This document shows positions 9,882 through 19,559 of a DNA stretch of 54,713 nucleotides, piece after piece; the first letter of the stretch is position 1; each line of letters begins with the position of its first letter. The DNA lies in IMG/VR virus record IMGVR_UViG_3300030419_006746, positions 1 through 54,713 of that record; one strand, 5' to 3'. Under the pieces are notes generated by a model. It had not been told where the DNA came from, did not search any database, and saw nothing but the letters and a program-made list of their open reading frames with translations. This DNA is from a virus. Lineage: Duplodnaviria > Caudoviricetes. Made by a program: the position numbers and the translations under genes.

Positions 9882-11021
9882 ATGGCTAAAAATAAAAAAA
9901 CTGCTGGTCGGCTGTCTATCGATCAAATGAGAAAGCTAATCAACAAGAAAGCAGGACAAGAAGTTGCTGTGGATCTTACAGACGAAAACAACCCAACAAT
10001 TGTAAAGAAATGGATTCCAACCGGTTCGCGATGGCTGGATAGTATTATTTGTCGCGGCAAGGTTGCTGGTATCCCAGTTGGAAAGGTAACCGAAATTGCT
10101 GGTTTAGAGGCCAGTGGCAAATCTTATATGGCTGCGCAAATTGCTGGAAATGCTCAAAAGATGGGCATTGATGTTGTTTATTTTGATTCAGAATCTTCAT
10201 TGGATTTCACATTTATGGAAAAAGCTGGATGTGACGCATCTAGTATTCTATATGTTCAAGCAAAGAGTGTTGAATTTGTAATGGAGACAATGGAAGAGCT
10301 TTTAAAGTCAAACGATAATCAAATGCTGTTTATTTGGGATAGTTTGGCTTTAACTCCCGCTATTTCAGACCTGGAAGGAGATTTTAATCCAAACTCTAGT
10401 ATGGCCGTGAAGCCTCGTATTCTTGCGAAGGCAATGTCTAAATTGACCATTCCATTGGCCAATAGCCAATCTACGTTTTTGGTGCTAAATCAGCTAAAGA
10501 CAAATATTCCTAGTGGCCCAACAGCTCGCACTCAAATTCTTACGACGCCATATACAACGCCAGGCGGCAAAGCTATGATATACGCTTATTCATTGCGTAT
10601 TTGGCTTACTAGGCCCAAAGCAAAAGCATCTTTTGTGTTGGACGAGCATGGATACAGAATAGGAAACACAGTAAAGGTAAAGCTTGAAAAGTCTCGTTTT
10701 GGCTCTCAAGGTCGCCAATGTCAATTTAAAATTTTATGGGGTGACAATGTTGGCGTGGCTGACGAAGAAAGCTGGTTTGATGCCATTCAGGGCTCAAAAC
10801 ATCTAGATCGTTCCGGTTCTTGGTACGAGTTACATTTTGCAGACGGCACTTCTGAAAAGTTCCAATCAGCACATTGGACGAAGAAACTTCAAAGCGAAAA
10901 GTTTAGAGCACGTGTTTTAGAGATTATGGATGAAGAAGTGGTTCTAAAATTTCACGATAGAACCGGTGATGCAGCTGATTTTTACGACACTGAAGAGACC
11001 AAGCAACTGCCTCCATCTTGA
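9882..11021 (+). CDS. recA: RecA/UvsX recombinase
   Basis: Walker A GLEASGKS, YFDSE, IWDSLA, LNQLK, YTTPGGKA. Confidence 0.93.
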   Translation: MAKNKKTAGRLSIDQMRKLINKKAGQEVAVDLTDENNPTIVKKWIPTGSRWLDSIICRGKVAGIPVGKVTEIAGLEASGKSYMAAQIAGNAQKMGIDVVYFDSESSLDFTFMEKAGCDASSILYVQAKSVEFVMETMEELLKSNDNQMLFIWDSLALTPAISDLEGDFNPNSSMAVKPRILAKAMSKLTIPLANSQSTFLVLNQLKTNIPSGPTARTQILTTPYTTPGGKAMIYAYSLRIWLTRPKAKASFVLDEHGYRIGNTVKVKLEKSRFGSQGRQCQFKILWGDNVGVADEESWFDAIQGSKHLDRSGSWYELHFADGTSEKFQSAHWTKKLQSEKFRARVLEIMDEEVVLKFHDRTGDAADFYDTEETKQLPPS

Positions 11022-11111
11022 CCACTACTCAAAGTTGGTTCCTTTTTTGCATTTAAATAGGGCGATCTTTTTCAATTGACTTTTTTAGAGCAAAAAAGTA
11101 GTATAGTCATT

Positions 11112-11525
11112 ATGAATATCGAATCAAAAACCAAGCAACTATCTAAAAAAGAAAAGAAATATATAGAACTTGCTAAACGTATTTCTTATCAATCTGATTA
11201 CCCACACAGACACGGAGCTGTTTTGGTAAAAGGTTCAATTATTGTAAATGCGTCTTGCAATAAAAATAAATTTAGTTCTTTTGCAATGAGATTCAAAAAA
11301 AAGGATAAAATCCACGCTCGCGTTCACGCAGAGCTTGGTTCTATTCTAAATATAGAAAGATCCAGCACAGAAGGTGCTACAATTTATGTTGTAAGAACTA
11401 ATAACCAACAAGAGCTGCGTTTAAGCAAGCCTTGTTCAATGTGCGAAGCTGCGATGCGTTGGGTTGGAATAAAAAAGGTGGTTTACTCCACTAGTGAAGG
11501 TGAATTTAAGGAAATGAGATTGTGA
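11112..11525 (+). CDS. Zn-dependent cytidine/dCMP deaminase-family protein
   Basis: HAE...KPCSMC motif. Start moved to ATG 11112 because the track's TTG 11076 is the -35 box (TTGACT-N17-TAGTAT). Confidence 0.8.
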   Translation: MNIESKTKQLSKKEKKYIELAKRISYQSDYPHRHGAVLVKGSIIVNASCNKNKFSSFAMRFKKKDKIHARVHAELGSILNIERSSTEGATIYVVRTNNQQELRLSKPCSMCEAAMRWVGIKKVVYSTSEGEFKEMRL

Positions 11526-11749
11526 AAGCAGCCAAAATTGGCGATTTAGTAAGATTAAATATTGACTTGGTCAGCTATGAAGCTGATAGAAACTATAGAC
11601 CTCCAATTGGAATAGTTTTAGCAGTAGAACTGTCACCAAAGCCTTTTGCACCCGATTCGCAATTTATATATAAAGTGCATTGGGAGGACATTGGAGATAC
11701 TTCTATATGGTACTGGGAAGATGAATTAGAATTTTTGGAGAAAAAATGA
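11522..11749 (+). CDS. MKVGDLV-family small SH3/KOW-like protein
   Basis: KIGDLVRL...IGIVL...YKVHW...WYWEDELEFL. Confidence 0.65.
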   Translation: MKAAKIGDLVRLNIDLVSYEADRNYRPPIGIVLAVELSPKPFAPDSQFIYKVHWEDIGDTSIWYWEDELEFLEKK

Positions 11750-12726
11750 TTAAACAAGAAAGAGTAATGATTATTGACGGTTTAAATATGTTTTTGCGGA
11801 GCTATATTGTAGTTCCTCAATTATCAAAAGAAGGTCATCCAATTGGCGGAACAACCGGGTTTCTTAAGTCATTACAGAAACTTACGAGAGATATTAAGCC
11901 AACAAAAGTCATTGTTTGTTGGGACGGACCAGGCGGCAGTAGAAAGCGAAAGCAAAAGAATTCAAATTACAAAGAAGGACGTAGCCCAATTCGTCTAAAT
12001 CGTAATGTAAAAATATTATCAGAAGTGGAAGAACAAGAAAATAAAATGTGGCAAATGGAACGCCTCGTTGAATATTTGAATAATCTCCCAGTCATACAAA
12101 TATTAGCAAATGAAGTAGAAGCTGACGATATAATTTCATACATTTGTCGCTATTCAAACTATAAAGACCTGCAAAAGGTGATTGTTTCCAGCGATAAAGA
12201 TTTCTTTCAGCTTTTGGATGATCACACCATTCTTCATCGCCCTATTCAAAAGGTGTACTTAAATCGCAATGCGATTATCGAGAAATACAACATTCATCCA
12301 AATAACTTTGCTTTGGCACGTGCCATTGTGGGTGATAAATCAGATAATCTAGATGGCGTGCCTGGCATTGGCTTAAAAACAGTTGCAAATCGATTTCCCT
12401 TTTTTGTTGAAGAGAAAGATGTAATGATAGATGAAGTAATAGAATTTTGCAATAATCAAGAAAGCAAACTTAAGGCTTTTAAGGCGATCCCAGAAAACAA
12501 ACAACTAATAACTGAAAATTATGAATTAATGCAATTATACAGCCCAAGTTTGTCTTATCAAACTAAACAAAGCATTGATTGGACAATTGATGAGTTTGAG
12601 TTCACTTTTAATAAACTTAAGGTAGATATTATGATGTTTGAAGACGGCATCAATGAAATCAATTGGTCTTCGATGACTGAAGACTTTAAGCGAATTCAGC
12701 GTGATAATAAGAAAAATCCAAACTAA
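11746..12726 (+). CDS. 5'-3' exonuclease / flap endonuclease (Pol I N-terminal domain or T4 RNase H-like)
   Basis: IIDGLN, VCWDG, YKEGR, EADDII, SSDKDFFQL, GDKSDNLDGVPGIGLKT. Confidence 0.9.
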   Translation: MIKQERVMIIDGLNMFLRSYIVVPQLSKEGHPIGGTTGFLKSLQKLTRDIKPTKVIVCWDGPGGSRKRKQKNSNYKEGRSPIRLNRNVKILSEVEEQENKMWQMERLVEYLNNLPVIQILANEVEADDIISYICRYSNYKDLQKVIVSSDKDFFQLLDDHTILHRPIQKVYLNRNAIIEKYNIHPNNFALARAIVGDKSDNLDGVPGIGLKTVANRFPFFVEEKDVMIDEVIEFCNNQESKLKAFKAIPENKQLITENYELMQLYSPSLSYQTKQSIDWTIDEFEFTFNKLKVDIMMFEDGINEINWSSMTEDFKRIQRDNKKNPN

Positions 12727-12729
12727 TTA
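12722..12729 (+). promoter_or_regulatory. Candidate late-promoter octamer ACTANTTA (other copies at 18936, 30562, 31633, 34737, 36619, 37907, 45167, 46007)
   Basis: Recurs at nine gene boundaries that lack an adjacent TTGAC promoter. Confidence 0.55.
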
Positions 12730-12737
12730 TTACACTT

Positions 12738-13916
12738 ATGATAATTTTCAAAAGCCAACTAAAACAGATAATAGCTGAAGAGATCGTTAAAATAGTATTA
12801 GAAGACTTTAGAGATGATCTTCAATTGTTATCTGAAGGTCAATTAACAGAAGCAGAGTTTCTCAAAAAAATTAAAAGTCGATTGGGCAGATCAGCTGCTA
12901 GCATTGCTAGCAAGTTTTTACCTTATTTGCTAGCAGGAACTATTGGCGTCTCTTCGCTGTTTCCTGCTCAAGCAGAAGCTGCACCGCCGCCAAAAGATGT
13001 AGCAGTCCACGTTCAGAAGGCAAATAATCCTGACTTCTTCGAAGTTTTTTACAATGCACACCCGGAAGCAGCAGACGAAAAGAAGAGAAAAGACATAAAC
13101 AACAGATTACACAAATTAAGCGAAGAAGCCAAAAAGAACGCAAAAGAATATTATGATAGCGTCGTCGCAGGCGAAGCTTTTGTCAGAATGATGCAACAAT
13201 GGGGCAAAGCACCAGTAGAGCCTTCACCGAAACAACAAAGACAGGTAAAATCCAAGTATAGTATTTTGAAGGATAATTTTAAAAAAATCATTGACTTAAC
13301 ACCTGTTGAATCAATTAATCAAGGTGTGCATAGCTCATATGTATATGAACGTATGAAACCGGGTCACGAAGAAAGCGGAGGTTACCCAGTTGCTGTATAT
13401 GATCTTAATAAGAAAAAAATCATTGTTAACCCTTATGCTTTTATGGACAAGGATGGCAAGGTTAATTGGGATAATATCAAAAATAGCCTAATTGAAGAAC
13501 TTGTTCACGCTGTCGATCACCAAACCGAAGAAAATTTAGGCTTTCCGATGTCTAAAATGCATAAGAAAACTGCCGAAAAGCTTGATATAATTGCTTCAAA
13601 AGCCGAAACTGGTATGCCTAAAGAGCGGTATAATTATTTACTTTCCTATCCAGAATTATACGCAAAGATGGTTAGAGCTAAACAGATACTATTAAAGAAA
13701 AGGCCTGATGCATTTGACAGTCAGGGCAGGATTAACCTCGATATTTTAAAAAGCCTGATTAAAGGTGATTCTGAAGCTCAAAAAATATTTCCAGACACTT
13801 CCGTTTTGGAGCCGTTTCAGCTATTAAATTTAAAAAGTTTAGAAAGTGATGCTAAATTTTTCGATCAACTCGTTAAAGTTGATTTTCCAGCAAAAACTTC
13901 TACACAAGTTGCTTGA
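12738..13916 (+). CDS. Leader-bearing protein with a signal-peptide-like segment and a degenerate zincin-like motif
   Basis: MIIFKSQLKQIIAEE leader, hydrophobic FLPYLLAGTIGVSSLFPAQAEA, and IEELVHAVD...PELYA (EExxH instead of HExxH). Confidence 0.55.
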   Translation: MIIFKSQLKQIIAEEIVKIVLEDFRDDLQLLSEGQLTEAEFLKKIKSRLGRSAASIASKFLPYLLAGTIGVSSLFPAQAEAAPPPKDVAVHVQKANNPDFFEVFYNAHPEAADEKKRKDINNRLHKLSEEAKKNAKEYYDSVVAGEAFVRMMQQWGKAPVEPSPKQQRQVKSKYSILKDNFKKIIDLTPVESINQGVHSSYVYERMKPGHEESGGYPVAVYDLNKKKIIVNPYAFMDKDGKVNWDNIKNSLIEELVHAVDHQTEENLGFPMSKMHKKTAEKLDIIASKAETGMPKERYNYLLSYPELYAKMVRAKQILLKKRPDAFDSQGRINLDILKSLIKGDSEAQKIFPDTSVLEPFQLLNLKSLESDAKFFDQLVKVDFPAKTSTQVA

Positions 13917-13961
13917 CATTGAATAAAAAAAGAATTAGTATAGAAGAGGAGGTAGACAACT

Positions 13962-14216
13962 ATGAGAGTTTTTTTCGTTACACTATTTGTTAGTTTCATC
14001 ATCGCGGGCAGTGCAATCGGAGCCCCACCAAAAAATAAGAATGTAAAGTCAAAGTTTTACGACTTTGGTGAACAGATTGTTGACGGTGAAGTAAGAAAGC
14101 CTACAGGCACCTATACTAGCGGTAGACAGGCTGTAAAATTTAAGCGCCTTTTGGGCCTTAAAAAATCGTTCCTTCCCAAACTTTATCGCACATCCAAGAA
14201 TAAAATCTTTAAGTAA
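13962..14216 (+). CDS. Secreted small protein resembling myxobacterial gliding protein CglF/GltF
   Basis: Signal peptide followed by FYDFGEQIVDGEVRKPTG.Y...R...F..LL.LKKSFLPKL, which matches my recollection of the CglF/GltF pattern. Own promoter at 13913 and strong SD GAGGAGG. Confidence 0.6.
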   Translation: MRVFFVTLFVSFIIAGSAIGAPPKNKNVKSKFYDFGEQIVDGEVRKPTGTYTSGRQAVKFKRLLGLKKSFLPKLYRTSKNKIFK

Positions 14217-14318
14217 ACTTTTTTTATTTTACCTTTCAGTGAGTTATAAAATAGATTGACTTTTAGAAAATCATAGGTTATACTTACTACACTCATTAAA
14301 AACATCAAAGAGGTTAAA

Positions 14319-15686
14319 TTGGAAAATTTAGGTGTATTTGGAAAGTCTTTCCAAGAAAATTTGTGTAAGCTTTTAGTTTACGATCGATCCTTTTGTGATC
14401 AAATGCAAGAAGTGTTAGATGTAGGTTTTTTAGAGTTAAAATATCTACAAGTGTTTGCTCGAAAACTGTTTGAATACAAAGACACTTATAAAACACATCC
14501 AACAAATGGAACTCTAAATTCTATTTTCAACACAGAGTTGGAAGTGGAAAATGCTGTAATTCAAAAGCAAATTAATGATTATTTTGTTCGTATTCAAGCA
14601 TTTCCAGACGTTAAAGATAAAGAGTATGTAAAGAATAAAAGTTTAGATTTCTGTAAAAAACAAGTATTAAAGAATGCTATGATGAAGTCAGTTCCACTGC
14701 TAAATGAGTGTTCTTTTGAAGAAATCGAAACTTTAATCACAAAAGCATTACGTTTAGGTGCAGATAACAACTTTGGATATGATTATATGAAGGATTTTGA
14801 AATGCGATTTATAGAAAAAGCTAGAAATCCTATTTCCACTGGTTGGAAAAAAATAGATCAAATCACAAAAGGAGGCTTGGGCACAGGAGAGCTTTGTGTG
14901 GTCATTGCTCCAACCGGCGCAGGAAAATCACACGTATTGGTTCACTTGGGCGCCCAGGCCTTAAAACAAGGCAAAAATGTTGTTCATTTTACATTAGAAT
15001 TGGCCGATACTTCCGTTGCAAGACGTTATGATGCCTGTCTTACCGATATCAATTTAGATGCGCTTATAGATCAAAAAGAAGCCGTTTATGATAAAATTAA
15101 AGATATTGACGGACAACTCATTGTAAAAGAGTATCCAACCAAATCTGCGTCTACTGTAACTCTTAAAAACCATTTGGAAAAGATTAGACAAACCCAAATG
15201 GAAATTGATATGATTATCGTTGATTATGGCGATCTTTTAAGAAGCACGACAAATAGGCGAAATTCAGAGAAAAGACACGAGCTAGAGTCAATATATGAAG
15301 AATTGCGAGGAATAGCGCAAGAGTTTGAATGCCCAGTAATTACTGCTTCTCAAACAAACAGAAGCGGCCTTAATGCCGAAGTAATTACAATGGAGTCTAT
15401 TTCAGAAGCATTTAATAAATGTTTCGTAGCGGATTTTATTATAAGTCTTTCAAGAACTATTAAAGATAGAAATTGTAATATAGGTCGTATCTTTGTTGCA
15501 AAAAATAGAAATGGCCCTGATGGAATTATATATTCTGTATTTATGGATACCGGAACTGTTACTATTAAAGTACTTGAGCAAGATGATGTTGTAAAATTGC
15601 AGAACAAAGAAAGAGAAAAAAAGAACAAGTTAGATATGAACGCAGCGCGGCAAGTTTATAAAAAGATGAAGGAGGGACAAACATGA
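14319..15686 (+). CDS. dnaB: Replicative DNA helicase, DnaB/gp41-like
   Basis: APTGAGKS, FTLEL, IVDYGDLL, TASQTNR, KNRNG. Confidence 0.92.
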   Translation: MENLGVFGKSFQENLCKLLVYDRSFCDQMQEVLDVGFLELKYLQVFARKLFEYKDTYKTHPTNGTLNSIFNTELEVENAVIQKQINDYFVRIQAFPDVKDKEYVKNKSLDFCKKQVLKNAMMKSVPLLNECSFEEIETLITKALRLGADNNFGYDYMKDFEMRFIEKARNPISTGWKKIDQITKGGLGTGELCVVIAPTGAGKSHVLVHLGAQALKQGKNVVHFTLELADTSVARRYDACLTDINLDALIDQKEAVYDKIKDIDGQLIVKEYPTKSASTVTLKNHLEKIRQTQMEIDMIIVDYGDLLRSTTNRRNSEKRHELESIYEELRGIAQEFECPVITASQTNRSGLNAEVITMESISEAFNKCFVADFIISLSRTIKDRNCNIGRIFVAKNRNGPDGIIYSVFMDTGTVTIKVLEQDDVVKLQNKEREKKNKLDMNAARQVYKKMKEGQT

Positions 15687-17551
15687 CGCAACAATTAGCT
15701 AATGATATTCTATCAGGCATCACAGTACATATGAAATATGCTAAATATTTAGCAGACAAAGAGCGCAGAGAGACTTGGGCAGAACTGGTCGACAGAAACA
15801 AAAACACACATATTAAGAAGTTTCCATTTTTAAAAGATGAAATAGAGGCTGCATACACTTACGTGCATCAAAAGAAAGTTCTTCCTTCAATGCGTTCAAT
15901 GCAATTTGCCGGCAAGCCTATTGAAGTAGCACCAAATAGAATTTTTAATTGTGCGTATTTGCCCATTGATGATTGGCGTTCTTTTCACGAAGTAATGTTT
16001 CTCCTCCTAGGCGGCACCGGCGTTGGCTATAGTGTACAATTTCATCACGTAGAAAAACTACCAGAAATAGTTAAGCCTTCCACCAAACGCACTCGGCGTC
16101 ATCTTATTGGCGATAGTATTGAAGGATGGGCTGATGCTGTGAAAGTATTGATGAAATCTTATTTTCTTGGTGGTTCAAAAATTCGCTTTGATTATAGTGA
16201 TATTCGTCCAAAAGGTGCGCGCCTAGTTACTTCTGGCGGCAAAGCACCAGGCCCTCAGCCGCTTCGCGAGTGTCTTGTTAAGCTAGAAGGTATTTTAGCT
16301 GAAAAAGAGGTAGGCGACAAGCTTACGCCTATTGAAGTCCACGATATGATTTGTTATATTGCCGATGCAGTATTGGCTGGCGGTATTCGCAGAGCAGCAC
16401 TTATTTCTCTTTTTAGCGCTGATGATGATGAGATGATAGCAGCAAAAACTGGAAATTGGTGGGAAAAGAACCCTCAAAGAGGCCGGGCCAATAATTCAGT
16501 TGTTCTAATGCGCCATCGTATTACAAAAGAATATTTTATGAATCTTTGGGATAGAGTACAAGCTAGCGGAGCTGGCGAACCAGGATTTTATTTCTCAAAT
16601 GATAAGGACTACGGAACGAATCCTTGTTGTGAAATTGGATTGAGACCTTATCAGTTTTGCAATCTTACAGAGGTTAATGCTTCTGATTTGAGTTCTCAAG
16701 AGGAATACGAAGCAAGAGTTAAAGTTGCTTCTTTTATCGGCACTCTTCAAGCTAGTTATACAGACTTTCACTATCTTCGCGATGTCTGGCGAAGAAACAC
16801 AGAAAAAGATGCTTTAATTGGAGTATCAATGACTGGCATTGCGTCGGGTAAAGTTTTAAAGCTGGATATGAAAAAAGCAGCAAAAGTAGTAAAAGATGAA
16901 AACAAAAGAGTTGCCGCTCTTGTCGGTATTAAACAAGCTGCGAGAACTACGTGTGTTAAGCCAGCTGGAACTACTAGCTTGACTCTCGGCACTTCAAGTG
17001 GAATTCACGCTTGGCACAATGACTACTATATTCGTAGAATTCGTGTAGGTAAAGGCGAAGCAATATATACTCATTTATCAATCCATCATCCAGAATTGCT
17101 TGAAGATGAGTACTTTAGACCGCACGATACGGCAGTTATCTCTGTGCCTCAAAGAGCGCCGGAAGGGGCGATTACAAGAAATGAAACGGCTTTAGATCTC
17201 TTAAAGCGTGTGAAAAAAGTCAGCAGCGAGTGGGTAAGATCGGGCCATCGCAGAGGACAAAACACACACAATGTTTCAGCAACCATTTCTATTAAAGAAG
17301 GTGAATGGGATGCAGTTGGAGAATGGATGTGGGAAAATAGAGATATTTACAATGGACTTTCTGTTTTGCCTTATGATGGTGGCAATTACGTTCAGGCGCC
17401 ATTTCAGGACTGCACGAAAGAGGAATACGAAAAATCAATTTCTGATATTACAGCTGTTGATGTATCTAAAGTAATAGAAATCGAGGACAATACAAATTTA
17501 CAAGGCGAATTAGCTTGTGCAGGCGGTAGTTGTACCGTAGTTCAGCTATAA
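15683..17551 (+). CDS. nrdJ: Class II (adenosylcobalamin-dependent) ribonucleotide reductase
   Basis: PSMRSMQFAG, NCAY, TNPCCEI, VKPAGT and C-terminal ACAGGSC. No beta-subunit gene adjacent. Confidence 0.88.
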   Translation: MTQQLANDILSGITVHMKYAKYLADKERRETWAELVDRNKNTHIKKFPFLKDEIEAAYTYVHQKKVLPSMRSMQFAGKPIEVAPNRIFNCAYLPIDDWRSFHEVMFLLLGGTGVGYSVQFHHVEKLPEIVKPSTKRTRRHLIGDSIEGWADAVKVLMKSYFLGGSKIRFDYSDIRPKGARLVTSGGKAPGPQPLRECLVKLEGILAEKEVGDKLTPIEVHDMICYIADAVLAGGIRRAALISLFSADDDEMIAAKTGNWWEKNPQRGRANNSVVLMRHRITKEYFMNLWDRVQASGAGEPGFYFSNDKDYGTNPCCEIGLRPYQFCNLTEVNASDLSSQEEYEARVKVASFIGTLQASYTDFHYLRDVWRRNTEKDALIGVSMTGIASGKVLKLDMKKAAKVVKDENKRVAALVGIKQAARTTCVKPAGTTSLTLGTSSGIHAWHNDYYIRRIRVGKGEAIYTHLSIHHPELLEDEYFRPHDTAVISVPQRAPEGAITRNETALDLLKRVKKVSSEWVRSGHRRGQNTHNVSATISIKEGEWDAVGEWMWENRDIYNGLSVLPYDGGNYVQAPFQDCTKEEYEKSISDITAVDVSKVIEIEDNTNLQGELACAGGSCTVVQL

Positions 17552-17615
17552 AAATCTTGACTTTTAAAAAATATATATTATAATGTCGGTAATGGCTTAA
17601 CCAAAAGGAGGTATT

Positions 17616-17912
17616 ATGAGTCAACCTAATCTATCCGTAGTTGAAAACGCCAATGAGGAAGTTTCAAAGGAACAATATGTAATTAATTATCTTAAATCTA
17701 TGGTGGCTTTGGAAGAGGCTATGGAGCCTTATAAAGAGCAAAAAAAGGATCTTCGTAAAGAGTACATCGATAATGACTGGCTTTCAAAAGATGATATTTG
17801 GGCAGCAGTTAGGGCTTTTCGCTTGTACAAGAAAGCTGCGGACATTGACGATATCAACGATATGTTTGACATCATTGAAAGGCAATTTGGCGCTCCGGAG
17901 GCAAATGTATGA
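17616..17912 (+). CDS. Small helical DNA-binding protein, possibly T4 DsbA/GapR-like
   Basis: LEEAMEPYKEQKKDLRKEY...AVRAFRLYKK pattern, own promoter at 17557, SD AAGGAGG. Confidence 0.45.
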   Translation: MSQPNLSVVENANEEVSKEQYVINYLKSMVALEEAMEPYKEQKKDLRKEYIDNDWLSKDDIWAAVRAFRLYKKAADIDDINDMFDIIERQFGAPEANV

Positions 17913-18205
17913 AATTTAACCCACGAAATCGCTATATTCTTTTAGGAGATGTTCCAAAGGCATTTGATGACAATGATAACGACATGTCGACCATTCTCTT
18001 GCCAGAAGAGTACACAGTTAAATCGAGCCCATATGGCGTTTACCAAATTCAGCAATATTCAGCTGATTGTACCAAATTAAGCATAGATGATGTTGGAAAA
18101 TTGGTAGTGGTTAATGATTCAATGGTCGAGACGGCCAGTCTAGATCAAGGCGAATTTCTCTTGATTCAAGAGAATCACGTATACGGAGTATTGGGGGCTG
18201 ATTAG
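17909..18205 (+). CDS. groES: Co-chaperonin GroES-like protein
   Basis: MKFNPRNRYILL...ILLP...VGKLVV...GEFLLIQENHVYGVL. Confidence 0.7.
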   Translation: MKFNPRNRYILLGDVPKAFDDNDNDMSTILLPEEYTVKSSPYGVYQIQQYSADCTKLSIDDVGKLVVVNDSMVETASLDQGEFLLIQENHVYGVLGAD

Positions 18206-18910
18206 GTGTTTAAGACGATTAAGACCGTGCAGTTGTTTGATGATGAGATAGGAAAAGTAGAGTATGTTTCCCATATGGGAAGCGACGTAAGCGTTGTTAA
18301 TGCGGCAAGAGTTTCCTTTGGTAAAGAAGTTGAAGAGGTAAGCGATAAAGATAAGAAACTTATTAACTATCTTATCAAGCACCGACATACCTCTACGCTT
18401 GAACACTGCACGGTCACCTTTCGTGTAAAGGTTCCGCTTTTTATTCGCTCGCAGCACCACAGGCACCGCACTTGGTCTTACAATGAGATTAGTCGGAGAT
18501 ATACAGATTTTAATCTAGAGTTTTACGAACCAAAACAATTTAGAAAGCAAAGTGAATCTAATAGACAAGCATCTACCGATTGTTTATTTGATCCACATTT
18601 AGGTGATGCTCTGGGTTTAGCCTCGGAGGTTGTTAAAGAGCATCATGAGACTTCGCTCTATTTTTATGAAAGGCTTTTAGAAGCAGGAGTATGCAGAGAA
18701 CAAGCAAGAGGCGTGCTCCCTCAAAACCTTTACACAGAATATTATGCGACAGCCTCGTTGCTGAATATTTTAAAATTCATCTCATTGAGAATACACGAAG
18801 GTGCTCAATGGGAAATCCAACAACTCGCAAAAGGTATGCTGGACATTGTGTCTGATTTGTACCCTATCACAGTAGAAGCTTTTAAAAAACACAATAATTG
18901 GACACAATAA
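18206..18910 (+). CDS. thyX: Flavin-dependent thymidylate synthase
   Basis: VNAARVSF, HTSTLEH, RHRTWSYNEISRRY, REQARGVLP, AQWEI. Confidence 0.95.
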   Translation: MFKTIKTVQLFDDEIGKVEYVSHMGSDVSVVNAARVSFGKEVEEVSDKDKKLINYLIKHRHTSTLEHCTVTFRVKVPLFIRSQHHRHRTWSYNEISRRYTDFNLEFYEPKQFRKQSESNRQASTDCLFDPHLGDALGLASEVVKEHHETSLYFYERLLEAGVCREQARGVLPQNLYTEYYATASLLNILKFISLRIHEGAQWEIQQLAKGMLDIVSDLYPITVEAFKKHNNWTQ

Positions 18911-18968
18911 TTATTAAAATTATAACTTTAATATCACTACTTACAAGGGTAAAAAAGGAAATTTAATT

Positions 18969-19559
18969 ATGAATTCATTGATAGTAACTTTGTGTATGTG
19001 CTTGCCATCACAGCAACCACACTATAATTATTCTGATTTAATTGTTGAAGCATATAAATGCTCAAATGCGAAAAAAGAAAAAATCAATCCAGAGGTGATT
19101 GCAACGTTGTCCTCTATCGAAAATGACTTTTTTCTAAAACATAACATTCCCATCGAATTAAGAGGAATGTTGCTAGCAGCTGCTTGTAATGAAAGCGGCT
19201 ATAATCCAGCAGCAAGGGGCGACTGGCGCGTTGGGAAAAATGGCAAGAAATTTCCTATGGCGAAGGGGATTTTACAATTTTGGCCTTGGGCTGAAAGGAA
19301 ATATAAATTTACTCGCGGCGATTATAAATTATCAGCTCATTTCTGGATGACCCACATTGTTAAGCAAAGAAAAAGAGATCGTTGCCCTGGCTTTTTTTCT
19401 GAATTAAAAAAGTGGGTTGGAGCGTGGACTCAAGCTATAAGAGCAAAGGCCACAAAAAAGAACAGATATCACTGCTATAGTGGAAATCAGCACTATACAC
19501 GTTTGAAAAAATGGCACAAACGAATTGATTCTAGAAATGACGACACGTCAAATAAGTAA
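18969..19559 (+). CDS. Putative lytic transglycosylase (SLT-like)
   Basis: AAACNESGYNPAARGD...AKGILQF motif and a hydrophobic N-terminus. Confidence 0.6.
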   Translation: MNSLIVTLCMCLPSQQPHYNYSDLIVEAYKCSNAKKEKINPEVIATLSSIENDFFLKHNIPIELRGMLLAAACNESGYNPAARGDWRVGKNGKKFPMAKGILQFWPWAERKYKFTRGDYKLSAHFWMTHIVKQRKRDRCPGFFSELKKWVGAWTQAIRAKATKKNRYHCYSGNQHYTRLKKWHKRIDSRNDDTSNK

